Assembly (NCBI GenBank): GCA_034439575.1
Contig: JAWXAQ010000005.1
Span: 64,001 to 128,000 of the forward strand
Direction of reading: 5' to 3'
Length of the DNA: 64,000 nt
From: Leptospira sp.
GTDB lineage: Bacteria > Spirochaetota > Leptospiria > Leptospirales > Leptospiraceae
The translations under genes were made by a program, and so were the position numbers. Below are positions 41,299 through 49,602 of the stretch, piece by piece; position 1 is the stretch's first letter; every line of letters begins with the position of its first letter. Below the pieces are notes generated by a model. It was not told the DNA's origin. It saw only the letters and a list, made by a program, of their open reading frames with translations, and made no database searches.

Positions 41299-42220
41299 TA
41301 TCTTTCTTTTTTAACTCCTGCATTAAATCTTTAGATTGAATGATTCCGTATAATTTTCGTTCAAGGGCATCTATTTCGTAATAGAATTTAGTGTTGGGAT
41401 CACCTTCGAAGATATATGCGAATTTTCGAATACCTTGAATTGCTTTTTTAGCATTTCCTTCCAATATTCCTTTTGTTACCGAATAATAAATATCTATCGC
41501 GAGAGTATCCCATAAATTTTGTCTGAATCCAGCTTCTCTTTTATCGAGTGCCAATAATAAAGTTTCTACTTCGGACTTATTATATATTTCTGATTCATTA
41601 TAGGTGATGATATAATGGGATAACAATTTTCGACAACGAGCTAAGTTATTTGATCTTGTGGCTGTTAATACTTGTTGATAAAGATTGTGTATAGATTTTT
41701 CGAGATAAACTTTCTTTCTTGTCCCGTCTAAGCGAACCGTATCAAATGCTTCCCGCATATCATCCGCTGTAAAATTCTGAATTGTTTGTTCAAATTTTAA
41801 TTCGCTCTCTTCGCTTGTAAGTTTAGCAAATTCCTTCAATGGCTTTTCAATTGCTAAAACAAATTCCGTTGATTCTTGTGCGCCGGCAAGTGTTGGCATT
41901 TCTTGCATTCTTTCTAAAAAAAAGATACAGGCATCACCTAATGCGGATAAACTTTCAGAAATACTTTGTGCGATTAGGCGTTTGCAATGATGTCCAATGG
42001 CATGAGTATAAGATGGGTCCTTGATATCTTCCTGGATTTTGTCCATGAGTTTAGCCGCTGTCGTTGCCAAATGGGCTCTATCTCTTTCAAAGCCCGCATA
42101 AGACAAAGGTTGATAGAGGTATGTAGTGAATTTTTTTTTGCCAGAAAGAGCCAGTAAACGTATGGTCTTTACTAACTCTAGGGAAAGTTCTACGGGGATA
42201 AAAGCTCTTCTATTTGACAT
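41291..42220 (-). CDS. Hypothetical protein, 309 aa
   Basis: Long ORF overlapping the STAS gene by 8 nt. Confidence 0.75.
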   Translation of the reverse strand: MSNRRAFIPVELSLELVKTIRLLALSGKKKFTTYLYQPLSYAGFERDRAHLATTAAKLMDKIQEDIKDPSYTHAIGHHCKRLIAQSISESLSALGDACIFFLERMQEMPTLAGAQESTEFVLAIEKPLKEFAKLTSEESELKFEQTIQNFTADDMREAFDTVRLDGTRKKVYLEKSIHNLYQQVLTATRSNNLARCRKLLSHYIITYNESEIYNKSEVETLLLALDKREAGFRQNLWDTLAIDIYYSVTKGILEGNAKKAIQGIRKFAYIFEGDPNTKFYYEIDALERKLYGIIQSKDLMQELKKKDNG

Positions 42221-42298
42221 ATAGCATTCGGAAACATTCCCTAAATGCTAATAGGCAGTCCAATGCGTAAAGCCAAATCTATTCGGCAAGTAACAAGA

Positions 42299-43588
42299 TT
42301 ATCTCCGTCTAGATTTTTTTGCTGATGGTCCTCTTGATTGGCCACCAGATTGTCTATTTCCTTGAGGGCGACCTGATCGTCCCCCGCCACCACCACCGCC
42401 GTGGATTTTTGGAGCTTTGCCTGTATGTTCTTCTACTTTTGCAGAATGAAAAGCATGTTCACGATTCACTGGGATTTTGACATCAATTACTTTTTCAATA
42501 TCTTTGATTAACGACCGTTCATCGGCTTCGCAAATGGATATAGCAATGCCTTTTGCACCAGCTCTCGCCGTCCTTCCTATACGATGAACATATGTTTCTG
42601 GAACGTACGGAATTTCGTAATTAATAACATGAGTTATAGCATCAATATCAATGCCTCGCGCGGCAAGATCTGTCGCAACCAAAGCGCGATTTTTCCCAGC
42701 ACGAAAATCTTCGAGTGCTCTTTGTCTCGCTGATTGAGATTTATTTCCATGAATGACATCGACCCGAACACCATTCTTTGCCAATAACTCAGCAACTTTA
42801 TTGGCACCGTGTTTTGTTTTTGTAAACACGATAACTCGATTCAATGCTTTGTCTTTAAAGAGTGAAAGTAATAGATCTTTTTTATGATCTTTGTCTACAT
42901 ACATTACCGATTGTGCAATGAGTTCAACGGTGGATGATACAGGTGTCACATCAATTCTTATAGGATGCACGAGTATAGATCCTGCCAACTTCTCTATGTC
43001 AGGTGGCATTGTTGCTGAGAAAAATAAGTTATGTCTTTTTTTCGGGAGAAAAGTTAAAATTTTACGTATGGAATGTATAAAACCCATATCAAGCATTCTA
43101 TCTGCTTCATCTAAAACAAATACTTCTAGGTTTGATAAATTTATATATCTTTGGTCCATTAAATCGACTAGCCTTCCTGGAGTTGCGACTAACACATCAA
43201 CTCCAGAAGCAAGTGCTTTCACTTGGGGAACTTGACCTACTCCACCAAATATAACAGCTGTCTTGATGCTTAAATTTTTTCCATAAATCTTAAAACTATC
43301 ATGCACCTGGACCGCAAGTTCTCTAGTCGGTACAAGCACAAGACATCTAGGTTGTTTAGGGATGGTTTTTCGATTTTGTATAACGAGATTATGAAGAATT
43401 GGTAATGCGAAGGCGGCAGTTTTTCCTGTGCCAGTTTGAGCACAGCCGAGCAAGTCCTTACCTTCTAATAATAGGGGAATTGCTTGGATTTGTATGGGTG
43501 TAGGTATGGAATAACCCGATTCTGTAACAGCCTTAAGGATGTGTGGATCAAGTTTTAAATCAGAAAAGGATTCTATTTTTTTTTGCAA
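42299..43588 (-). CDS. rhlE: DEAD-box RNA helicase (RhlE-like)
   Basis: AQTGTGKT, PTRELA, DEAD, SAT, HRIGRTARAG; Gly/Arg-rich tail. Confidence 0.9.
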   Translation of the reverse strand: MQKKIESFSDLKLDPHILKAVTESGYSIPTPIQIQAIPLLLEGKDLLGCAQTGTGKTAAFALPILHNLVIQNRKTIPKQPRCLVLVPTRELAVQVHDSFKIYGKNLSIKTAVIFGGVGQVPQVKALASGVDVLVATPGRLVDLMDQRYINLSNLEVFVLDEADRMLDMGFIHSIRKILTFLPKKRHNLFFSATMPPDIEKLAGSILVHPIRIDVTPVSSTVELIAQSVMYVDKDHKKDLLLSLFKDKALNRVIVFTKTKHGANKVAELLAKNGVRVDVIHGNKSQSARQRALEDFRAGKNRALVATDLAARGIDIDAITHVINYEIPYVPETYVHRIGRTARAGAKGIAISICEADERSLIKDIEKVIDVKIPVNREHAFHSAKVEEHTGKAPKIHGGGGGGGRSGRPQGNRQSGGQSRGPSAKKSRRR

Positions 43589-43724
43589 GGTTTGCCTTCG
43601 TATTTCTTTCCAGGTTTTGGTAATGGCTTTGTTTGGATAGGGAAATAAATTGAAATAATTTTAACTTGTGGACAAGTTATTATAAATAAAAGTCAATTCT
43701 ATTGACCATTGGCCAACCCAAAAT

Positions 43725-44159
43725 ATGACACAGGTTTTTGAAATTTTTAGTCTTTTGAATTCTATAATATTTGCACTGATATCTTTTTTACATGTCTATT
43801 GGGCGTTTGGTGGTAAGTCATTCTTTTTATCAGCCATACCAAAAGACAGATCAGGAAAACTAATCTTCTCACCAGGGCCAATCGCATGTTTGATTGTCGC
43901 CTCGGGATTGTTACTTTTTACTGCCTTAAATTTGTTAAATTTCTTCTCTTATTTTCCCAAGGAATATCAAAATTTCAACAAAGCGGCTTTCTTTTTGATC
44001 GCGCTAATTTTTGGGCTCAGGGCGATTGGTGACTTATCCTATGTTGGATTTTTTAAAAAAGTTCGGTCTGGCGTTTTTGCCAAATGGGATACCTTGCTCT
44101 ACTCACCACTTTGTTTATTTCTTTCCCTTTCCCATTTAATATTGGGTCAAATTATTTAA
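43725..44159 (+). CDS. DUF3995-like membrane protein
   Basis: LHVYWAFGG, RAIGD, FAKWDTLLYSPLCL. Confidence 0.75.
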   Translation: MTQVFEIFSLLNSIIFALISFLHVYWAFGGKSFFLSAIPKDRSGKLIFSPGPIACLIVASGLLLFTALNLLNFFSYFPKEYQNFNKAAFFLIALIFGLRAIGDLSYVGFFKKVRSGVFAKWDTLLYSPLCLFLSLSHLILGQII

Positions 44160-44206
44160 TAAAAAAATTGACGATTTTATCCCTTTGAATCGTCTATAAT
44201 ATAACT

Positions 44207-44260
44207 ATGAAATCTTCCGCATTCATTCAAATTTCTCTACTCCTCCTCGAGCTCAAATAG
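44207..44260 (+). CDS. Leucine-rich attenuator leader peptide MKSSAFIQISLLLLELK
   Basis: ATG 44207 to TAG 44260; tandem CTA CTC CTC CTC Leu codons; directly upstream of leuA. Confidence 0.8.
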   Translation: MKSSAFIQISLLLLELK

Positions 44261-44286
44261 TTCGAGGGAGATAGAGCTTTTTGTTT

Positions 44287-44322
44287 AAGCCCGGTCCTCT
44301 CAAAAAGGATGCGGGCTTTTTT
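44287..44322 (+). terminator. Attenuator terminator hairpin upstream of leuA
   Basis: AAGCCCGGTCCT-ctcaaaa-AGGATGCGGGCTT followed by a T run. Confidence 0.8.
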
Positions 44323-44391
44323 GCTTTTAGCCCCGAAAAGCAAAAAAATTCCTCCTTCCAAAGACCGGCAAAAAGGAAGTAAGGAAAAAAA

Positions 44392-45579
44392 ATGAACGAA
44401 CATAAAACAAACAAAAGAAAAGTTTGGATACAAGACGTCACATTGCGGGACGGAAACCAGGCTTTAAAAAAACCTTGGACAAAATCTGAGAAAGAATCCG
44501 TGTTTGACGCCTTAGTCGCGTTAAATGTAAATGGAATCGAAGTAGGATTTCCTTCCTCGAATCGAAACGAGTTTGAATCTGTACAGTCTTTGGCAAAAAA
44601 GGCACCCAAACACATAACAATTGCAGCTTTATCAAGGGCAAATGAAAAGGAAATACAAACCACTTGGGATGCCATTCAATTTGCAAAAACACCAAGGCTT
44701 CATATTGTTTATCCAGTCAGTGCATTTCAAATTCAAAACGTATTAAAAATTTCTAATGAACAAGTATTGGAAAAAATTTTTAATGCTATAAGTTTTGCAC
44801 GAAAGATTTCAGGTAAAGATACTAGCTTACAGTTTTCCGGAGAACATTTTGGAGATGCGATTGAAAATTTTGAATTCACCATAAAAGCATTTAACACTGC
44901 GATTGAAGCGGGGGCGACTGTGATCAATTTACCAAATACAGTGGAGCGTTATCGCCCCTTTTTGTTTGTCGATATGGTTCGTAGAGTCGTAGAAAAAATT
45001 CCAAGTCATATAACAGTATCCGTTCATACTCATAACGATTTAGGTATGGCAACGGCAACGACGGTCGAAAGTTTTTATGCTGGTGCGACACAATTAGAAG
45101 TCGCATTGAATGGATTAGGTGAAAGAGCGGGCAATACAAATCTTTATGAAACTGCCATTGCACTTCATCAATGCGGCGAAGACGTCGATCTTAACTTTAA
45201 AAAAGTATATCCTACTGCGAAATTTATTTCCGATTTAACAAAGATCCCTATTGGCGAAAAATCACCCATAGTTGGGGAAGATATATTTTCACACAGAAGT
45301 GGAATTCACCAAGACGGTGTGACAAAAACAATTGGACAAAAAAAAGGAGCATATCGTACTTTTTCACCTGACTTTGTGGGCCGAGAAGACGAAGAAAAAA
45401 TTTCTTTCACAAACCAATCAGGTGCCAAAGCGATCCAACATTTGTTATGGGAAGCTGGAAAAAAAATTGAGCCAGATAAAATCCAAATCCTATTTCACAA
45501 GGCTAAGGAAGTATCTAGCGCGGAAGAGAATCGAACCATTGAAATAGAAGAATTGTTATTTTGGGCAGAACAAGTTTGA
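44392..45579 (+). CDS. leuA: 2-isopropylmalate synthase, short form lacking the C-terminal regulatory domain
   Basis: DVTLRDGNQA, HTHNDLGMA, NGLGERAGN, HRSGIHQDG; only 395 aa. Confidence 0.9.
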   Translation: MNEHKTNKRKVWIQDVTLRDGNQALKKPWTKSEKESVFDALVALNVNGIEVGFPSSNRNEFESVQSLAKKAPKHITIAALSRANEKEIQTTWDAIQFAKTPRLHIVYPVSAFQIQNVLKISNEQVLEKIFNAISFARKISGKDTSLQFSGEHFGDAIENFEFTIKAFNTAIEAGATVINLPNTVERYRPFLFVDMVRRVVEKIPSHITVSVHTHNDLGMATATTVESFYAGATQLEVALNGLGERAGNTNLYETAIALHQCGEDVDLNFKKVYPTAKFISDLTKIPIGEKSPIVGEDIFSHRSGIHQDGVTKTIGQKKGAYRTFSPDFVGREDEEKISFTNQSGAKAIQHLLWEAGKKIEPDKIQILFHKAKEVSSAEENRTIEIEELLFWAEQV

Positions 45580-45609
45580 AAACCATTCAGCTTAACTTCT
45601 ATTTCAGTG

Positions 45610-45638
45610 TTGACAGTTTTATCATTGTTTGGTTAAAT
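45610..45638 (+). promoter_or_regulatory. Putative sigma70 promoter for the amidohydrolase gene
   Basis: TTGACA-N17-TTAAAT upstream of the GGAG RBS and ATG 45674. Confidence 0.4.
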
Positions 45639-45673
45639 CTTGTCCGAGTCTTAAGGCTCTTATTGGAGAAACA

Positions 45674-47422
45674 ATGACAACAACAACTTTGATTCAAGGT
45701 GCTAGAATATTTGATGGTTCAACAAAGCCATCTTTTGTTGGGGATATAAGAATCAAAGATGGCATCGTTCAGGAAATCGGAAATTCACTCAAAAAAAATG
45801 CGAAGGAAGAAGTCATAAATGCGAAAGGATTATGGCTCACTCCAGGATTTATTGATTTTCATACGCATTACGATGCAGAAATAGAAGTAGCACCCGACTT
45901 GTCTGAATCAGTGCGGCACGGGATTACGACAATTGCGCTGGGAAGTTGTAGTTTAAGTTTAGCGTTAGGTGACCCTGTTGATCTAGCGGATATGTTCAGT
46001 CGCGTCGAAGCCATTCCCAGAAAGAACGTATTGCAAATACTAGAAAAAAGGAAAAACTGGAATAGTGCTAAAGAATACAAAGCACACTTAAACTCCCTAC
46101 CCCTCGGTCCAAATGTAGTATCCTTTGCAGGGCATTCCGCAATTCGAGCTGAAGTCATGGGCCTGGAACGTTCTTTGACCAAAGGGGAAAATCCCACAAA
46201 GCAAGAGTTAAATGAGATGAAGGCCCACCTAGAAGAAGCACTTGATGCAGGATTTTTGGGTATGTCGATCAATACTCTTGTCTGGGATAAAATGGATGGT
46301 ACTAGATTTCGTTCTCGTCCCCTTCCATCAACTTTTGCTAGTTGGAGTGAATACCAATCCCTAAATCAAATTCTTCGCCGACGAGGGAAGGTTTTTCAAG
46401 GAGTCCCAAATGTTTCAACAAAGATCAATTTACTTATGTTTTTGTGGGAAGCCTTTGGAATCTTTCGAAAACCTTTAAAAACCACAATCATTTCTTTAAT
46501 GGATGTCAAATATGATCCAAGGCTTTATAAATTATTAGGAATTATTGGTCGGATCACAAATAAACTTTTTGGTTCTGATTTTCGTTATCAATCCTTACCA
46601 GAACCTTTTGATTTGTATGCAGATGGAATGGATGTCGTCGTCTTCGAAGAGTTTGGTGCAGGTGCCTATGCGAATCATATTGAAGATGAACATGAACGTA
46701 AATTACTTATGAAAGATCCAAAGTACAGGTCTTGGTTTAAAAAACAATGGACCAATTGGTTTTTACCGCGCGTATTTCATCGAGACTTCTCAGAAACAAA
46801 AATTGTCTCCGCACCTAACAAATTACTTATTGGTAAATCTATCGACCAAATCGCCAAAGAAAGAGGAGTACATTCTGTCACAGCCTTCTTAGATCTAGTC
46901 GCAGAATATGGAAACGACATTCGTTGGTATACGGTTATGGCAAATCATAGATTGAAACCATTGCAAGAAATAGTCTCTCATCCAGACATATTGATAGGAT
47001 TTTCAGATGCTGGCGCTCATTTGCGGGGGATGGCTCATTATAACTTCCCACTTCGTATGCTTAAGTTAGTTTATGATGCCGAAAAAAATAAAACGCCATT
47101 TATGACATTAGAATACGCAGTTCATCGTTTAACGGGAGAGATAGCGGATTGGTTTGGCATTGAAACAGGTTATATCAAAATCGGTAAACGTGCTGATCTT
47201 GTCCTCATAGATCCAAATGAACTTAATGAGGAGCTAGCAAAAGATTTCGAAGCACCTATGCCTTTTATGAATGGTTTCAAAAGATGGGTGAGAAGAAATG
47301 ATAAAACCATCAAAAGAGTATTCATCAATGGTGCAGAGGCGATTAAAAATGGAAAACCTGTGGCGGCACTTGGTAAAAAGAAAATCTATGGCAAATTTTT
47401 AGAATCAAAAATGGGAACTTAA
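45674..47422 (+). CDS. N-acyl-D-amino-acid deacylase-like amidohydrolase
   Basis: PGFIDFHTHYD, SDAGAH, GKRADLVLID. Confidence 0.85.
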   Translation: MTTTTLIQGARIFDGSTKPSFVGDIRIKDGIVQEIGNSLKKNAKEEVINAKGLWLTPGFIDFHTHYDAEIEVAPDLSESVRHGITTIALGSCSLSLALGDPVDLADMFSRVEAIPRKNVLQILEKRKNWNSAKEYKAHLNSLPLGPNVVSFAGHSAIRAEVMGLERSLTKGENPTKQELNEMKAHLEEALDAGFLGMSINTLVWDKMDGTRFRSRPLPSTFASWSEYQSLNQILRRRGKVFQGVPNVSTKINLLMFLWEAFGIFRKPLKTTIISLMDVKYDPRLYKLLGIIGRITNKLFGSDFRYQSLPEPFDLYADGMDVVVFEEFGAGAYANHIEDEHERKLLMKDPKYRSWFKKQWTNWFLPRVFHRDFSETKIVSAPNKLLIGKSIDQIAKERGVHSVTAFLDLVAEYGNDIRWYTVMANHRLKPLQEIVSHPDILIGFSDAGAHLRGMAHYNFPLRMLKLVYDAEKNKTPFMTLEYAVHRLTGEIADWFGIETGYIKIGKRADLVLIDPNELNEELAKDFEAPMPFMNGFKRWVRRNDKTIKRVFINGAEAIKNGKPVAALGKKKIYGKFLESKMGT

Positions 47423-47594
47423 ACTATCAATTGATATAAAATAAATTTTTATGCAAACAAAATTGTTAAAATAATATACTGAATCGACAGAATTAAATTT
47501 CGCTAAAAAATAATCACGATTTGCTCTAAATTCAGTTCCAATTGCAGGCAAAAAACTTGAGGAAAGTATTTCTAGCCATGAGAATTTGGTTTTT

Positions 47595-49157
47595 ATGGGC
47601 TTATTGAATCTACTTCTAGGCGCATTTGCTGCATTTTTGATTGCAACTGGAATCACTAAAGATCCAAACGTAGACAAAGGAAATGTAACGATCCAAAGTC
47701 CTCACGAAATCGTTCGTCCCAAAATGGATTTCGGAATCCTCAAGACAAAAGCAAAAAAACTCCAAGAGTCACCGTACTTAGAAGTTAAGCCCCACACTTC
47801 CAAAGAGTTGGCTTCTTTACCTTATGATAAATATAAGAATATTCGATTTTTGACTGAGAAGTCACTCTGGAGAAAAGATGGAAGTGCGTTTCAAATTCAA
47901 TTTTTACCTCCAGGACATTTATATAACCACTCCGTTTATCTAAATGAACTCATAGACGATGTCTACCAAGGCATTCCCTTTTTAGAAGAGTATTTTGATT
48001 GGTCTGAAGTTGGTAACATCAAACTCAGTCCCGAAATCGGACACACTGGATTTAAAATTCATTATCCTATCAATACCAATGAACATACAGATGAGTTCGC
48101 CGTCTTTCAAGGATCTAGTTATTTTAGAATTGTTTCCAAGGGTCAAGTGTATGGCTTATCAGCCAGAGGACTTAGCATTAACACAGGTTTAACGAATGTC
48201 CAAGAAGATTTTCCTATCTTTAAAGAATTTTGGATCCAAAAACCTGGGACCAATGATTCTAAAATCATAATTTATGCATTATTAGATAGTAAATCTGCCA
48301 CTGGTGCCTACCAATTCGAAATCACTCCAGGTGAAAATTCTAAAAGTATAGTCACAGCAGAAATTTATTTACGAAAACCAGTAGAAAAACTTGGGCTCAC
48401 TCCCCTAACAAGTATGTTTTGGTATGGAGAAAATTCTCAAATCCCACCTAACCAGGGATTTCCGGAAGTTCATGATTCAGATGGATTGCAAATACAAACT
48501 GCTCAAGGTGAAATGTATTGGCGACCGATTGATAATCCCAAAAAACCTCATACTCACCAAATTGAATTAGAAAATCCAAAAGGTTATGGTCTGATTCAAA
48601 GGGATCGTGAATTTGCAAGTTATGAAGATACCAATATGAAGTATCATTTAAGACCTAGTGCATGGATTGAACCAAATCAAAATTTCGGTAAAGGCTCACT
48701 TCAATTATATAGATTCCCCACCAAACAAGACTCAGATGACAATGTAACTATGTTATGGGTTCCAAATGAAGTGCCGGAAGTTGGCCAACCAATCAATTTA
48801 GAATATACAATTTATTGGAATGTGAATCCGCCAAAAAAAATTGCATATGTAGTTTCAACGCGTTCCAATCAAATCAAAGAAGGTGAACGTCAATTTTTCA
48901 TTGATTTTAAAGGTGACATTTTACAATCATTTAACGAGACCAATCTTCCAACACCTGTTGTAGAATCCTGGAATGACCCTATTGACATAACGAATGTAAG
49001 CTTACAGATGATTCCAGAATCAGAAAAAATCAGATTAAGTTTTTCAATTCCATCCAAACATTCAATTAAAAGTACAGAGCTCAAAGCCTATATCAAGGAC
49101 AAAGAAGAAATCATTTCGGAAACCTGGATCACAACTTACGAACATGGAAACCAGTGA
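47595..49157 (+). CDS. opgG: Osmoregulated periplasmic glucan biosynthesis protein G/D family
   Basis: YDKYKNIRF, FQGSSYFR, YGLSARGL, PLTSMF, EVHDSDGL, GLIQRDR, RPSAWIEP. Confidence 0.9.
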   Translation: MGLLNLLLGAFAAFLIATGITKDPNVDKGNVTIQSPHEIVRPKMDFGILKTKAKKLQESPYLEVKPHTSKELASLPYDKYKNIRFLTEKSLWRKDGSAFQIQFLPPGHLYNHSVYLNELIDDVYQGIPFLEEYFDWSEVGNIKLSPEIGHTGFKIHYPINTNEHTDEFAVFQGSSYFRIVSKGQVYGLSARGLSINTGLTNVQEDFPIFKEFWIQKPGTNDSKIIIYALLDSKSATGAYQFEITPGENSKSIVTAEIYLRKPVEKLGLTPLTSMFWYGENSQIPPNQGFPEVHDSDGLQIQTAQGEMYWRPIDNPKKPHTHQIELENPKGYGLIQRDREFASYEDTNMKYHLRPSAWIEPNQNFGKGSLQLYRFPTKQDSDDNVTMLWVPNEVPEVGQPINLEYTIYWNVNPPKKIAYVVSTRSNQIKEGERQFFIDFKGDILQSFNETNLPTPVVESWNDPIDITNVSLQMIPESEKIRLSFSIPSKHSIKSTELKAYIKDKEEIISETWITTYEHGNQ

Positions 49158-49596
49158 AATAGTTTTGATCATTGAAAAACGTTTGCGAGTATTGGGTTTT
49201 ACAGATCCACTTTGGATTGCAGAATCAATTCAAAATATTTTAAACAAAAGCGAAAACCAAAATCTAACTCAGGTTATGGATCAGTTTGATAAGTTTATTG
49301 AAGAGTATTGGTTAAATAAACTGCAACTAGATCCTAAAAATTTTCCAGATATCAAATACGAAGGAAAATTTTTAGAACAATTAATGGAAGAGAATCATTT
49401 TGCTAAAAATGCCCAAATTTTAAAGGAACAATTTTCCTCGAGGGGAAAAGGATTTGGAAAAATGGTTCCAAGACCCATTGATTTTGGCGGATTTGCAAGG
49501 TTATCAGAAGATAAAATCGATAGAAAAACTTTATTTTTCACATCTATATTTTGGATTATAGTCTATTCGCTGATCACATATTTTTTTCTTCTCTAA
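49144..49596 (+). CDS. Hypothetical protein with C-terminal TM, between opgG and opgH
   Basis: 150 aa, overlaps opgG by 14 nt; MVPRPIDFG followed by a hydrophobic tail. Confidence 0.7.
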   Translation: METSEIVLIIEKRLRVLGFTDPLWIAESIQNILNKSENQNLTQVMDQFDKFIEEYWLNKLQLDPKNFPDIKYEGKFLEQLMEENHFAKNAQILKEQFSSRGKGFGKMVPRPIDFGGFARLSEDKIDRKTLFFTSIFWIIVYSLITYFFLL

Positions 49597-49602
49597 ATTA
49601 AA

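Noticed and set aside
44168-44173. TTGACG as the -35 for the leu leader
   Set aside because: The 21-nt spacing to TATAAT is non-canonical, so it was not called as a full promoter.
44227-44675. Minus-strand ORFs across the leuA leader
   Set aside because: Antisense shadows of the attenuator and leuA.
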